Source: an uncultured Candidatus Saccharibacteria bacterium
Lineage (GTDB): Bacteria > Patescibacteriota > Minisyncoccia > Phycocordibacterales > PALSA-1337
NCBI GenBank assembly: GCA_964631035.1
Contig: CAZVVX010000005.1
Coordinates: forward strand, 1,419 to 39,555
DNA length: 38,137 bases
Direction of reading: 5' to 3'
Positions 1-10,145 of the stretch are shown here, piece after piece. Every line of letters starts with the position of its first letter. Position 1 is the first letter of the stretch. A program made the translations under genes and the position numbers. A model generated the notes under the pieces. It searched no databases. It was not told where the DNA came from and worked only from the letters and a program-made list of their open reading frames with translations.

Positions 1-125
1 CTGGTGTATTCTATTTCAAGTTAAATATTAATACTTAAATTGATAAATTTCAAATATTTTCACTCCTCTGTTGGCTTTCGCATATGATAAATGCATAAAA
101 TATTTAATTAATATATAATTAGGAA

Positions 126-416
126 ATGAAAAACAGCAAAATACTTATATTTACTTTTATACTAATTTTATTGGCGATAGGTTATATAGTTTCAATCAAT
201 GCTGATAAGCCCAAGGTTCAAGATTTACCTATCAACAGCGGCTCACAAGGTAAGTTGAATATTGATGTAGTCTGTACAAGCGCCCTATCATATATGACAT
301 TTGAAAATGGAGAAGCATCAGACAAATTTATTTCTGAGTGCAAGGAAGGTAAGCATCCAGATGTTGTAGAAAGATACAAGAAAGACATGAACCTAGGTGA
401 TGGTGTTGCAATCTAA
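126..416 (+). CDS. hypothetical small membrane-anchored or secreted protein
   Basis: 96-aa ORF with an N-terminal hydrophobic helix (ILIFTFILILLAIGYIV). No family motif recognised. Confidence 0.5.
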   Translation: MKNSKILIFTFILILLAIGYIVSINADKPKVQDLPINSGSQGKLNIDVVCTSALSYMTFENGEASDKFISECKEGKHPDVVERYKKDMNLGDGVAI

Positions 417-799
417 TTTACAAACTCAATCTCAAAGGGATACATTCCCATACCACATGAACCTCTGAATTTCCCTGCTTTCTGAACACCAATATCTATA
501 TCTGTTGAACCGGTATTCGGTAATATTTTAGAAACACCCACACCTGGAATTCTTATAGAAGCAGAGCAGTCAAAAGTATTACTAGTATTGAATCTAACAA
601 TAGTTGGTATATCAGCTTTAGCTTGGCTAATTCTTGGGAAATATCCACCTTTAGCATTTATTTCTACAATTTGTTTGCCATCAACAATACTTACATTATT
701 GTAATCAACATACTGAACATTTTCCTTATTATTAACAAGAAGAATAGATCCGAGAATAAATATAACTGCGACTATTATTGATATTATGGTTGATTTCAT
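413..799 (-). CDS. cupredoxin-like copper-binding protein (Cupredoxin_1 type), last gene of the copper operon
   Basis: 128 aa with an N-terminal TM anchor. Pattern GGYFP...IVRFNTS..FDCSASIRIPG...KAGKFRGSCGMGMYPFEIEF is typical of small cupredoxin-fold proteins next to copA. Start lies 13 nt downstream of the preceding gene. Confidence 0.7.
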   Translation of the reverse strand: MKSTIISIIVAVIFILGSILLVNNKENVQYVDYNNVSIVDGKQIVEINAKGGYFPRISQAKADIPTIVRFNTSNTFDCSASIRIPGVGVSKILPNTGSTDIDIGVQKAGKFRGSCGMGMYPFEIEFVN

Positions 800-812
800 A
801 TTTATAATTATA

Positions 813-1844
813 CTAGAAATTAAAGACTGGAGATATCAGTCCGATAACAACTAGACTATTAATAAGATTGAAAATAGCAAACATAATAACTATTAATCCA
901 GCAGTTTTGAAGAATATACCTGATTTTGAACTATTCTGAATACTAAATGAACTAAAACTAATTAGTGCTAGAACAGGTAAAGTTCCTAATGCAAATGCAA
1001 GCATAGTAAATCCCCCATTCAAGAAACTACCAGTAGTCAAAGTATATATTTGCATTGACTGAGTGAATCCACAAGGAAGGAAAAAGGTTGCAATACCTAC
1101 TAGAAGTGGAGTTAAAGTATGATTTAATTTTGATACTCCATGAGCGTGTTTTGCAATGAATTTTGGCATTGATGGTTGCAACTTTTTTGCCCAATGAAAT
1201 GTATCTAGAAGATTTATTCCTAGTATTAGCATGATAATACCAACTATTAAGCTTAATACAAATGTAGATGTAGAATTGAGAGTAAATGCAGACCCAATAG
1301 ATCCAATAACACCACCAAGGACAAAGAAAGAAACAATTCTACCGAAATGAAATAGAATTTGTGGCTTTAATTTATCTCCCTCTTTTGCAAAAGTAGCTGA
1401 CATAGATAACACTAACCCACCGACTACAGCCATACATGTAGAAAGTGAAGCAATGATTCCAATGATAAATGCAGTACTATAATTCACCTCGCCTGAGTCA
1501 ACTAGATTTACTATTCCTAGTTTCTGTAGAACTATAAAAACAACAATGAATCCTATAGCAATAGGAAATGCAATTTTGAAATCATTCCATTTAATATTTT
1601 GTATTTGTTTTTCAATAGAAACCCTATATCCATATGACTTAACTGGAATTGATAATTCCTCGGCTATTTGTTCCATAGTCCTATCACCAAAATCTCCTTC
1701 AACTTCAATAGAACGAGTTTTTAGATCTGACTTTACTGATGAAATATTTGGCAAACTCCCTATCTCATTCTCAGTTAGAATAACACAAGAATTACAATGC
1801 ATACCGTGAACATGAAATTTATATTTTTTAATTTGATTATTCAT
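813..1844 (-). CDS. HMA (heavy-metal-associated) domain fused to a DsbD_2/TauE-like multi-pass membrane protein
   Basis: N-terminal HVHGMHCNSCV metal-binding motif, then about 6-7 hydrophobic helices including the FLPCGFTQSMQ motif. Lies 13 nt downstream of copA. Confidence 0.7.
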   Translation of the reverse strand: MNNQIKKYKFHVHGMHCNSCVILTENEIGSLPNISSVKSDLKTRSIEVEGDFGDRTMEQIAEELSIPVKSYGYRVSIEKQIQNIKWNDFKIAFPIAIGFIVVFIVLQKLGIVNLVDSGEVNYSTAFIIGIIASLSTCMAVVGGLVLSMSATFAKEGDKLKPQILFHFGRIVSFFVLGGVIGSIGSAFTLNSTSTFVLSLIVGIIMLILGINLLDTFHWAKKLQPSMPKFIAKHAHGVSKLNHTLTPLLVGIATFFLPCGFTQSMQIYTLTTGSFLNGGFTMLAFALGTLPVLALISFSSFSIQNSSKSGIFFKTAGLIVIMFAIFNLINSLVVIGLISPVFNF

Positions 1845-1857
1845 ACTTTATATTTAA

Positions 1858-4095
1858 TTATAATTTTTTAGTCTTAATACGAAGTGAATTTGAAACCACA
1901 GACACTGAGGACATGGCCATAGCAAATCCTGCGAATACAGGGTTCAATAACCAACCGAAGATAGGATAGAACACTCCAGCAGCAAGTGGAATACCAACAA
2001 TGTTATATATAAATGCCCAGAATAGATTCTGCTTTATTCCTCTCATAGTTATCTTAGAAAGCTTTATAGCTTTCACTAATTTTGAAATATCACCACCAAG
2101 AAGTGTAATACCAGCGCTCTCAATGGCCACATCTGTTCCTGTACCCATAGCAATACCAACATTCGCCTGAGCAAGAGCAGGAGCATCATTCACACCATCA
2201 CCAGCCATAGCCACAATTCTACCTTGCGCCTGCAATTCTTTAATCTTAGACATCTTATCTTGTGGTAGAACATTTGCAATAATCTCATCAATACCCACCT
2301 GTGAGGCTATATACTTTGCAGTCCTCTCATCATCTCCTGTCAACATAATTACCTTTATGCCCATTTTGTGTAAATTAGTTATTGCATCTTTTGACTCCTT
2401 TTTAACATCATCAGCAACCATTACAAATCCCAAAACCTTTTCTTTATTAGCAATTATAACCGGAGTCTTACCCTGTGATGAATACTCAACAATCTTTGTT
2501 GTATCAAATGAAATTCCTAAATCATCAATCAATCTAACATTACCTATATAATATTCCGCATCATTTACTTTTCCCCTTACTCCTTTACCTTGTATATTAT
2601 CAAAATCTAAGACATCTGAGATAGAAATACTCTTCTCTTTAGCATAATTTACTATTGCATGAGCGATTGGATGTTCTGACTTACTCTCTAGTGATGCAAG
2701 TATTGTGATAAGTTCCGCTTCGCTTAAATTAGATAGATTATTGATATCAATCAAAGTCGGCTTACCTTTAGTTATTGTTCCAGTTTTATCAACTATAACA
2801 GTGTTTACTTTGTGAAGTTCCTCTAGAGTCGCTGCGTCCTTGATAAGAATACCCTCTTTTGCACCCTTACCTACACCAACAATAATCGCTGTGGGTGTAG
2901 CTAGGCCTAAAGCACATGGACAAGCGATAACTAGAATACCTACAAAAGACACGATTCCGTATGACAATGCCTGAGAGAATCCAAGATAAGCAGATCCAAA
3001 TATGAGCCAAGCTCCCAATGTGATAAATGAAATAACTAGAACAATAGGTACAAATATAGATGAGATCTTATCTGCTAGAGCTTGAATTGGTGCCTTACTT
3101 CCTTGCGCATCTTCAACCATTTTTATTATTTGTGATAGCAGGGTTTCAGAGCCAATCTTTGTGGCCTTAAATATAAATGAACTATTAGTATTTATAGTTC
3201 CAGCTACTACATTATCTCCAACATTCTTCTGCACTGGCATTGGTTCTCCTGTAACCATAGACTCATCAACAAATGATTTACCACTTGTAATTTGTCCATC
3301 AACAGGAATCTTTGAACCAGGTTTTATTACAATCAAATCTCCATGTACAACATCATTCACAGAAATTTCAATTTCCTCTCCATCTCTAATAACCAAAGCA
3401 GTTTTTGCTTGTAAATTAAGTAATTTTTTTATGGCATCACCAGTTTTTATTTTTGACCTCGCTTCTAAATATTTACCAATAGTAATAAATGCAACCACAA
3501 CAATAGTTACATCATAATATTGATAATCCACATTTATAAATGGCCTTAGTAAATCTTCAAAAGCAGTTACAGCAAAGCTATATACAAAAGCTGCACTAGT
3601 ACCAATACCAATAAGAGTATCCATATTAGCCTTACCATATTTTATAAAACGATAAAAACCAAGAAGATATGGTTTACCAATTACAAAAAGTGTATAAGTA
3701 GCTAATAAAGGTAGAAGATGATGGAAAAATTCTTCTAATGTATAGTTCATAATAATTTCATTTTTAGAAAGAATATCCCAACCCATCATAAATATAGCAA
3801 TAATTGCAAGAATAATAGAAGGCCATATATTTAATTTGTCAGAATTATCACTTTTAGACATATGATTTGCATGGGGATCATCTTCTGATAGGTCTAAAAT
3901 ATAACCAAGTGGCTCAATCTTTTTAGAGAGATCTGCGGGTGTGATTTTTGAATTATCAAAAGAAACCTTGGCCTTCTCAGCTCCATAGTTTACTTCTACT
4001 AGACTCACTCCTTTAGTTTTTTTCAATGTGCTCTCAATAATACTAGCGCATGAGGCACAATGCATTCCTTTAACTTTATATATTTTTGTATTCAT
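1858..4095 (-). CDS. copA: copper-translocating P1B-type ATPase
   Basis: 745 aa. HMA motif GMHCASCA, membrane CPC motif ([11 protein letters not shown]), phosphorylation site DKTGTIT and hinge GDGVNDAP. Confidence 0.95.
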   Translation of the reverse strand: MNTKIYKVKGMHCASCASIIESTLKKTKGVSLVEVNYGAEKAKVSFDNSKITPADLSKKIEPLGYILDLSEDDPHANHMSKSDNSDKLNIWPSIILAIIAIFMMGWDILSKNEIIMNYTLEEFFHHLLPLLATYTLFVIGKPYLLGFYRFIKYGKANMDTLIGIGTSAAFVYSFAVTAFEDLLRPFINVDYQYYDVTIVVVAFITIGKYLEARSKIKTGDAIKKLLNLQAKTALVIRDGEEIEISVNDVVHGDLIVIKPGSKIPVDGQITSGKSFVDESMVTGEPMPVQKNVGDNVVAGTINTNSSFIFKATKIGSETLLSQIIKMVEDAQGSKAPIQALADKISSIFVPIVLVISFITLGAWLIFGSAYLGFSQALSYGIVSFVGILVIACPCALGLATPTAIIVGVGKGAKEGILIKDAATLEELHKVNTVIVDKTGTITKGKPTLIDINNLSNLSEAELITILASLESKSEHPIAHAIVNYAKEKSISISDVLDFDNIQGKGVRGKVNDAEYYIGNVRLIDDLGISFDTTKIVEYSSQGKTPVIIANKEKVLGFVMVADDVKKESKDAITNLHKMGIKVIMLTGDDERTAKYIASQVGIDEIIANVLPQDKMSKIKELQAQGRIVAMAGDGVNDAPALAQANVGIAMGTGTDVAIESAGITLLGGDISKLVKAIKLSKITMRGIKQNLFWAFIYNIVGIPLAAGVFYPIFGWLLNPVFAGFAMAMSSVSVVSNSLRIKTKKL

Positions 4096-4100
4096 AAGTG

Positions 4101-4361
4101 TTATTTTCTTTTTAACTTATAAACTTTTAAGATTTCCCCAACAGCTTTGTCTGTACTACCACCCTTGATCTGTTCAACCACACAATGCGAAAGATGATTT
4201 TCCATAAGTATATCTTCAACGTTTGAAAGACCTTGTTTGATTGCCGAACTTTGAGTAATAATATCTATGCAATATTTCTCTTCTTCAATCATCTCTCGCA
4301 ATCCACGAACCTGCCCCTCTATAATTTTTAGTCTTTTAGTTATTTTTGTTTTATCATTCAT
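4101..4361 (-). CDS. csoR: CsoR/RcnR-family copper-sensing transcriptional repressor
   Basis: 86 aa, 5 nt upstream of cop[12 protein letters not shown]...YCIDIITQ...HLSHCV carries the Cys/His/Cys ligand pattern of the DUF156 family. Confidence 0.85.
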   Translation of the reverse strand: MNDKTKITKRLKIIEGQVRGLREMIEEEKYCIDIITQSSAIKQGLSNVEDILMENHLSHCVVEQIKGGSTDKAVGEILKVYKLKRK

Positions 4362-4367
4362 ATAAAT

Positions 4368-4395
4368 ATGATACCCCCTGTGGGGTATATGTCAA
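4368..4395 (-). promoter_or_regulatory. sigma70-type promoter (TTGACA-16 nt-TATCAT) with a CsoR operator palindrome in the spacer
   Basis: Minus strand reads TTGACA (4395-4390), 16-nt spacer, TATCAT (4373-4368). The perfect inverted repeat ATACCCC-CTGT-GGGGTAT (4371-4388) overlaps the -10 hexamer and nearly fills the spacer. The -10 ends 6 nt before the csoR ATG, implying a leaderless or near-leaderless mRNA. Confidence 0.55.
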
Positions 4396-4463
4396 TAAGA
4401 TATCATCAGTGCTTGAATATATAACAATATTTGTATAACATTGTTAATAAATCACTAAAATAT

Positions 4464-5441
4464 ATGGATGTAATGACAAGTAAAATGAAGATTAATTTGG
4501 TTTTGATTATAGTTATTGCATTTATTATTGGATGGTTATCCTCAATATTATATATAAAGTCAAATAATAGTAAGACTCCTAATTCAATCAGACAAAATTC
4601 TCCTGATTTTCAATATATCAATCCCCTACTCTTTGTAGATAATTCAGAAGAGAATTTCTCTGAATACAGACCACTGGAATCAAAAATCAATAAATACATA
4701 GATGATACTGTAGACAAAAATAACGCAAGGAAAGTATCTGTATATTTCAGAGATCTCAATACTTCACATTGGGGAGGTGTAAATGAAAATGAGCTTTATG
4801 CCCCATCAAGTATGCTTAAGGTTGCAATTCTTATTAGTTATTTAAAATTAGCAGAGAAAAATCCTGATATTTTAAATAGAAAATTAGAATATAATTATAA
4901 AGAACAATATCAGGAATACTACAAACCAAACAAGCTAAAAAATGGTAGTTATACTGTTTTGGAAATGTTACAACAAATGATTATAGAGTCTGATAATACA
5001 TCTATGTCTCAGTTGGTCGCACTACATTCAGACGAGATAGTTAAGCTTTATAAGGATTTGAAATTACCAAATATTATTGATTCCAATACTGATTTTATGT
5101 CTACAGAAGATTATTCATATATTTTTAGAACACTTTATAATGCTACATATCTTAGAAAAAATTATTCGGAGCAAGCATTAAAATTATTAACATTTACAAA
5201 ATTTGATAAAGGTATAGTTGGTGGAGTTGGAACAACTACCAAAGTTGCTCATAAATTTGGTGAACATACTATTACATATAATGGCACAGTCACAGAAAGA
5301 CAATTGCATGATTGTGGAATAATTTATTTCCCAAATAAGCCATATTTGTTGTGTATAATGACGAAAGGTGAAGATTTTACAAAACTTGAAACAATAATAT
5401 CTGATTTATCAAGAATAATATTTGATTTTATTAAACAGTAA
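4464..5441 (+). CDS. class A beta-lactamase-related serine hydrolase with an N-terminal membrane anchor
   Basis: SxxK (SMLK), SDN (ESDNTS) and KxG (HKFGE) motifs in the expected order. The ORF track starts at TTG 4431. I prefer ATG 4464, though 4473 or 4485 are also possible. Confidence 0.6.
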   Translation: MDVMTSKMKINLVLIIVIAFIIGWLSSILYIKSNNSKTPNSIRQNSPDFQYINPLLFVDNSEENFSEYRPLESKINKYIDDTVDKNNARKVSVYFRDLNTSHWGGVNENELYAPSSMLKVAILISYLKLAEKNPDILNRKLEYNYKEQYQEYYKPNKLKNGSYTVLEMLQQMIIESDNTSMSQLVALHSDEIVKLYKDLKLPNIIDSNTDFMSTEDYSYIFRTLYNATYLRKNYSEQALKLLTFTKFDKGIVGGVGTTTKVAHKFGEHTITYNGTVTERQLHDCGIIYFPNKPYLLCIMTKGEDFTKLETIISDLSRIIFDFIKQ

Positions 5442-5467
5442 TTTATATAATCTATTCAAAATAAATA

Positions 5468-6115
5468 TTAATTCGCTCCATAACTATCAACCAAATTGAT
5501 AAAGCACATTGTATTCTGACCAACATTGAATGTATTAGATTTCTCAATATTACATTTTACATTTCCTAATAATGCCCACGCTATTCCATTCTTTGTACAG
5601 ACATTATTATTCACAATAGAGCATGTATACTGTATACCAACAAAATCATCAGGTGGTCCGGGTACACAACCCCAATCTATAATATCCTGAGCAGTACAAC
5701 CAGAAGCTAAATCTACAATTTTAGTAAGCTTTGTTGGTTTAATATATGGACGAATATTGTTATTTATTATAGCGATCTCAGTAGCAGGTGTTGAACTATT
5801 AATATAACCACAAATACCTCCAGAATATCCCTCACCCAGACAATTCCAACCAGTAGTCGCAGTAGGATATGTTTTATTATCATTTTTGTATAACTCAAAT
5901 GCTAATACATACTGCCTCATAAGTTGAGTAACATACGAATTATATGCTTTATCTCTTGCCGAACTTACACTAGCCAAAACTACTGATGACAATATAGAAA
6001 TTATTGAAATAACTACCAATAATTCAATTAATGTGAAGCTCTTATCACCTCTAAGAATTTTAGATTTAATTAATTTCTTAAAAATTAGTTTTTTAAAAGA
6101 ATTAATTATACTCAT
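5468..6115 (-). CDS. type IV pilin-like protein, Cys-rich, with a long leader
   Basis: FTLIELLVVISIISILSSVVLA is a class III signal/N-methylation helix with Glu at +5. The leader is 26 aa and ends RGDKS. The globular part has 10 Cys. Its ATG overlaps the uppP stop by 4 nt. Confidence 0.7.
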   Translation of the reverse strand: MSIINSFKKLIFKKLIKSKILRGDKSFTLIELLVVISIISILSSVVLASVSSARDKAYNSYVTQLMRQYVLAFELYKNDNKTYPTATTGWNCLGEGYSGGICGYINSSTPATEIAIINNNIRPYIKPTKLTKIVDLASGCTAQDIIDWGCVPGPPDDFVGIQYTCSIVNNNVCTKNGIAWALLGNVKCNIEKSNTFNVGQNTMCFINLVDSYGAN

Positions 6116-6885
6116 AAATAATAGAAATAAATTAATACGAACACACCAAGAATAATTCTATAGTAAGCGAATAAAGTAAAGTTGTGTAATTTAATATATT
6201 TGATTAGAAATTTAATAACCATAAGTGCCACAACAAATGAGGTCAGAAAACCCAGAGTAAGCAGAATAATTTCACTTCCCCTAATAATAAGACCGTGTTT
6301 TATAAGACCATAACCAGATGCAGCAATCATCGTTGGTATAGCTAGAAAAAATGAGAATTCGACCGCAAGCGATCTAGATGCACCAAGTAATAATGCACCA
6401 ATTATTGTGGATGCAGATCTTGATGTGCCAGGAATCATTGCAAGACATTGTATAAGGCCAATTATAAAAACTTTTTTATATGATATAGAATCTATAGAAT
6501 CGTATTTGACTATATAATTATTCTTTTCAACAACAAGAATAACTATACCTCCAACAATTAAAGATAAAGCAACAGTCCAAAAATTAAATAAAGTCTCTCT
6601 AATATAATCACCAAATACTGCTCCGATAATAAGAGCTGGAATAACTGCGACAAGCACTTTCAACCATACACCAGTATTTATTGGCCATAACTTTTTTCTG
6701 AAATAGAAAATTACTGCAAATATAGCTCCCAACTGAATAAAAATATCAAAAAATTCTGTGAATTGTTTATCAAAATAAATCCATTGATTAAGTAATATTA
6801 AATGTCCTGTCGATGAAATAGGAAGAAACTCTGTTACTCCCTCTATAATACCCAGAAGTACGGATTTAATAATATCAAACAACAT
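6112..6885 (-). CDS. uppP: undecaprenyl-diphosphate phosphatase
   Basis: 257 aa, polytopic. N-terminal GIIEGVTEFLPISSTGHLIL and PGTSRSASTI motifs are characteristic of BacA/UppP. Confidence 0.9.
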   Translation of the reverse strand: MLFDIIKSVLLGIIEGVTEFLPISSTGHLILLNQWIYFDKQFTEFFDIFIQLGAIFAVIFYFRKKLWPINTGVWLKVLVAVIPALIIGAVFGDYIRETLFNFWTVALSLIVGGIVILVVEKNNYIVKYDSIDSISYKKVFIIGLIQCLAMIPGTSRSASTIIGALLLGASRSLAVEFSFFLAIPTMIAASGYGLIKHGLIIRGSEIILLTLGFLTSFVVALMVIKFLIKYIKLHNFTLFAYYRIILGVFVLIYFYYL

Positions 6886-6894
6886 AAATTAATA

Positions 6895-7284
6895 CTAAAA
6901 TGATTGAGATTTAAGTATGCTATCTACTTCTTTAACTATATTTTCAAGACTTTCACTTGATTTTACAATATAACCCTTAACACCAAGAGTTACTGCTTCA
7001 CTTATATAATCAACTGTAGAAAGATTTGATGTTAATAATATAGGAATCTTTGGTATATCCTTATTTAAATTAATTCTTTTAAGAAGTTCAATACCATCAA
7101 CTTTTGGCATTTTGATATCAAGTAAAATTAAATCTGGCTTTTCATTAACTATTTTATTATACCCATCCTCCCCATCAAATGATGAAATAACTGAATATCC
7201 AAGCTCAGCAATCTTTCCTGGCAATAATTTCTGAAATGTCTGATCATCATCAATAATCAATACTTTTTTTGTCTTATTTTCCAT
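6895..7284 (-). CDS. stand-alone response-regulator receiver domain (CheY-like)
   Basis: 129 aa. VLIIDDD acidic pocket, LILLDIKMP phospho-acceptor Asp, conserved T/S and K regions. No output domain. Confidence 0.85.
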   Translation of the reverse strand: MENKTKKVLIIDDDQTFQKLLPGKIAELGYSVISSFDGEDGYNKIVNEKPDLILLDIKMPKVDGIELLKRINLNKDIPKIPILLTSNLSTVDYISEAVTLGVKGYIVKSSESLENIVKEVDSILKSQSF

Positions 7285-7293
7285 ATTATTTTG

Positions 7294-9033
7294 CTACAAT
7301 GGTAACATGAAGTAGAATATACTACCAACCCCGTATTCAGATACTGCTCCTATTCTTCCACCATGTTGTTCTATTATGCCTTTTGCAATAGCTAAACCTA
7401 ATCCAGTTCCTCTTATAGCAGTTTCGGATCTATTTCCGAATTGTTTGAACTTATTAAATAACTCCTTCATATCTCCCTGACCTATACCTGTACCGGAATC
7501 TGAAACAGCTACAACAACCGCATCACCAAAATTCTTAAATTTATCTTCTGGCAATGGAATTATTAAATTATTGGTTAATTTCCTTAATTCATCATTAATA
7601 TTTAAGCCCTTTTTATGATTTACTACAAAAATATTTATTGCTCCACTTGCTTTTGTAAACTTAATAGCATTTGAAATAATGTTATTTAGCACTTGCTTAA
7701 TACCATTCTCATCTACAGAAACATTCTCAGGTAACAACTCATCATATTTAACACTAAAGTCTAATTTGGCATCTCTACATTCTGGAAGGAAGAAGCTTAC
7801 TCTATTATCAATTATCTTCTTTATATCTTTTGACTCTTTTACAATATCAAACTTGCCCGCCTCTAGCTTTGAAACATCTAAAATATCATTGATAAGCAGG
7901 AGCATATTTGTACTATCTGACTTAATTAATTTAATATATTCACCATATTCCTTTTTTGAAATTTTATCCCTAGTATTACCCAATAACTCACTAATTTTTT
8001 GTATACCTGATATTGGTGATCTAAGTTCATGAACAAGCATTGAGGTGAATTGATCTCTCAACTGTTCAACTGCCTTTTCAGAAGTTATATCATGAAATAT
8101 TGTTACACCACCGACAACTTCCCTCTCACCATTTAACTGAGCATGTACTGGAAATACAAATATTTTATAGTACTTATCTCTTATTAGTATTTCTTCAGAT
8201 TCAAATATTTTATTTAATTTTACACATTCTTCAAGTCTGCCTCTAATATCGAATTTCCCTTCAAGATTATCTATAAAATCAAATATAGTAACGTTCTTTT
8301 TGTCATTCAAACCGACCACAGATCTAGCATTAGGATTTGCAACCAATACTCTATAATCAGTATCAGTCATAACTACCCCATCTACCATACTTTCAACCAT
8401 GGCATTTAACTTTGCTTGTTCTGACTTAACAACACTCTGTAGACTTGTTACTGCCTTTGATGCCTGTTTGATAATTTTATAAAGAATAGTCATATCCTCT
8501 TCCTTATAAAGGCCAATCTTTGTATCTGCAATAGTTAGAACACCTACAACTTTCTCATCAATTACAAGGGGAATATTAAAGAAGGAACGTACTGGATCTT
8601 CTAATTCTTCTATTATTATCGCTCCAGAGATAACCTCTTTAACCTCTTTTTTGTCGAATTCTCTATCAAGCAAAGCTGATAGCGAACCCAACATTCTATC
8701 CTTAATATCATCAATGAATTTTTGATTTACCGACCTCTCAAGATGAATCTTGAACACCAGCTTATCTTGTCCAAACAACATATAAGAGACAGCAGAATAA
8801 TCGATAAACTGATGCAATGAATTTATTATTACATCAATAATTTGCTGAACATCTAATGAATAACCAACCCTATCACCTAATTCCTTGAGTATAGCCAACT
8901 CGTACATTCTTCTATTTATATCTTTATCTCTCTTTAACTGATACCTTGCAACACCACGATCCTTAATCAAAAGATATATTGTAGATACCATTCCACCTAT
9001 TGTTAGCAATATTAGTATTATGGTTATACTCAT
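7294..9033 (-). CDS. sensor histidine kinase (TM-GAF-PAS-HisKA-HATPase)
   Basis: 579 aa. Single N-terminal TM, GAF-like region, PAS-like region (MVESMVDGVVMTD...), H-box HELRSPISGI and G2 box GTGLGLAIAKGIIEQHGG. Confidence 0.85.
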   Translation of the reverse strand: MSITIILILLTIGGMVSTIYLLIKDRGVARYQLKRDKDINRRMYELAILKELGDRVGYSLDVQQIIDVIINSLHQFIDYSAVSYMLFGQDKLVFKIHLERSVNQKFIDDIKDRMLGSLSALLDREFDKKEVKEVISGAIIIEELEDPVRSFFNIPLVIDEKVVGVLTIADTKIGLYKEEDMTILYKIIKQASKAVTSLQSVVKSEQAKLNAMVESMVDGVVMTDTDYRVLVANPNARSVVGLNDKKNVTIFDFIDNLEGKFDIRGRLEECVKLNKIFESEEILIRDKYYKIFVFPVHAQLNGEREVVGGVTIFHDITSEKAVEQLRDQFTSMLVHELRSPISGIQKISELLGNTRDKISKKEYGEYIKLIKSDSTNMLLLINDILDVSKLEAGKFDIVKESKDIKKIIDNRVSFFLPECRDAKLDFSVKYDELLPENVSVDENGIKQVLNNIISNAIKFTKASGAINIFVVNHKKGLNINDELRKLTNNLIIPLPEDKFKNFGDAVVVAVSDSGTGIGQGDMKELFNKFKQFGNRSETAIRGTGLGLAIAKGIIEQHGGRIGAVSEYGVGSIFYFMLPL

Positions 9034-9053
9034 TTTATTTTATCAAATCCAAA

Positions 9054-9782
9054 CTAAAGCTTTAACTTAATCGTAAATTTATCTAACTTAACCGCAACCG
9101 CAGTGATTGAAACAGATGCAACGATTAGAATAATAATCTCAACCCCTTTATTAAGATTAATAGAAGGATTTATCAGATTCCATCTAAATAATAATTCCCA
9201 TAAATGTTGCAAACAAAATGCCCATACTAAAACCATCATTGGATTTGCTACTGCCTTACCTATCAAACCAAAATTATTTTTTGCAATCAGTAAATATGAA
9301 CCCAGAAGTCCAGCAACTAAAAAAGCAATAAAATTATGGAATCCATATAATGCTAGAGCAGAACTAGCATATTGAGATATTATTGGGTCAACCCATTTTG
9401 GAATGAAAAATATGAGTATTAGTATTATTGCAACTATCAAACCCCAAATATTCTCTGAGCCAATTTTCATTGAACCATCATCACCATTTGCAAGCTTAAC
9501 CAAAGATCTCAAGCCAAGATAATAAGATATCATTCCGAGATAGAACATTATATGCCACCATATATCTACAGATCCCTGTGAAATATCAAAGAAGCTAGGG
9601 CCTAATTTTTTAAAAAGAGTAATTGCAAAAAATATTGATGTACCAACAAAAATGTACGAGAAAACTGAACCGAGAGCTGATTTGCCGAAATTCCTAACTG
9701 TCATTGACATAATAACTGTTGAGACAAGAAAACAAATAGTTGAGAGATAGTATCCAGACAAAATTAATATTTCAGTATTCAT
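9054..9782 (-). CDS. 7-TM integral membrane protein, unknown function
   Basis: 242 aa with seven hydrophobic segments. Ends 20 nt upstream of the histidine kinase on the same strand. No family motif recognised. Confidence 0.55.
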   Translation of the reverse strand: MNTEILILSGYYLSTICFLVSTVIMSMTVRNFGKSALGSVFSYIFVGTSIFFAITLFKKLGPSFFDISQGSVDIWWHIMFYLGMISYYLGLRSLVKLANGDDGSMKIGSENIWGLIVAIILILIFFIPKWVDPIISQYASSALALYGFHNFIAFLVAGLLGSYLLIAKNNFGLIGKAVANPMMVLVWAFCLQHLWELLFRWNLINPSINLNKGVEIIILIVASVSITAVAVKLDKFTIKLKL

Positions 9783-9786
9783 AAAA

Positions 9787-10065
9787 TTATTTTGTATTAA
9801 TATTTAAATTTGAATACTTGGCAAAAATGGATCCGAGTGCATTCTTTACTATTTGACCAGATAATTCTACATACTGATCAACAAGCTTCTGTAATGTTTC
9901 CTTTGGATTTGAACCTACACTAACTACCTTACCATCATTCTCAACGACAAGGTCCTTAACACTTCTTGCTTTTAAAATAGCAATCTCAGGTCCGAGAATT
10001 ACTGACTGTTTTTTTATTACTTCACTTATTAGTGATGTATATTGCTGATTCTCATCATTATTCAT
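9787..10065 (-). CDS. hypothetical soluble protein
   Basis: 92-aa ORF, 4 nt upstream of the 7-TM gene, with host-like AT-rich codon usage. No motif recognised. Confidence 0.45.
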   Translation of the reverse strand: MNNDENQQYTSLISEVIKKQSVILGPEIAILKARSVKDLVVENDGKVVSVGSNPKETLQKLVDQYVELSGQIVKNALGSIFAKYSNLNINTK

Positions 10066-10145
10066 ATTTTTAAATTAAATAAATAAACTAATTATGATAA
10101 ATTATACCACATTTAAAATAAGCAATTTATGTATTGTTGATTACT

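Noticed and set aside
1546-3517. Plus-strand ORFs 1546..1809, 2357..2551 and 3161..3517 from the ORF track
   Set aside because: They lie entirely antisense inside the HMA-permease and copA genes, which have unambiguous family motifs. They have low-complexity composition and no motif. They are typical shadow ORFs.
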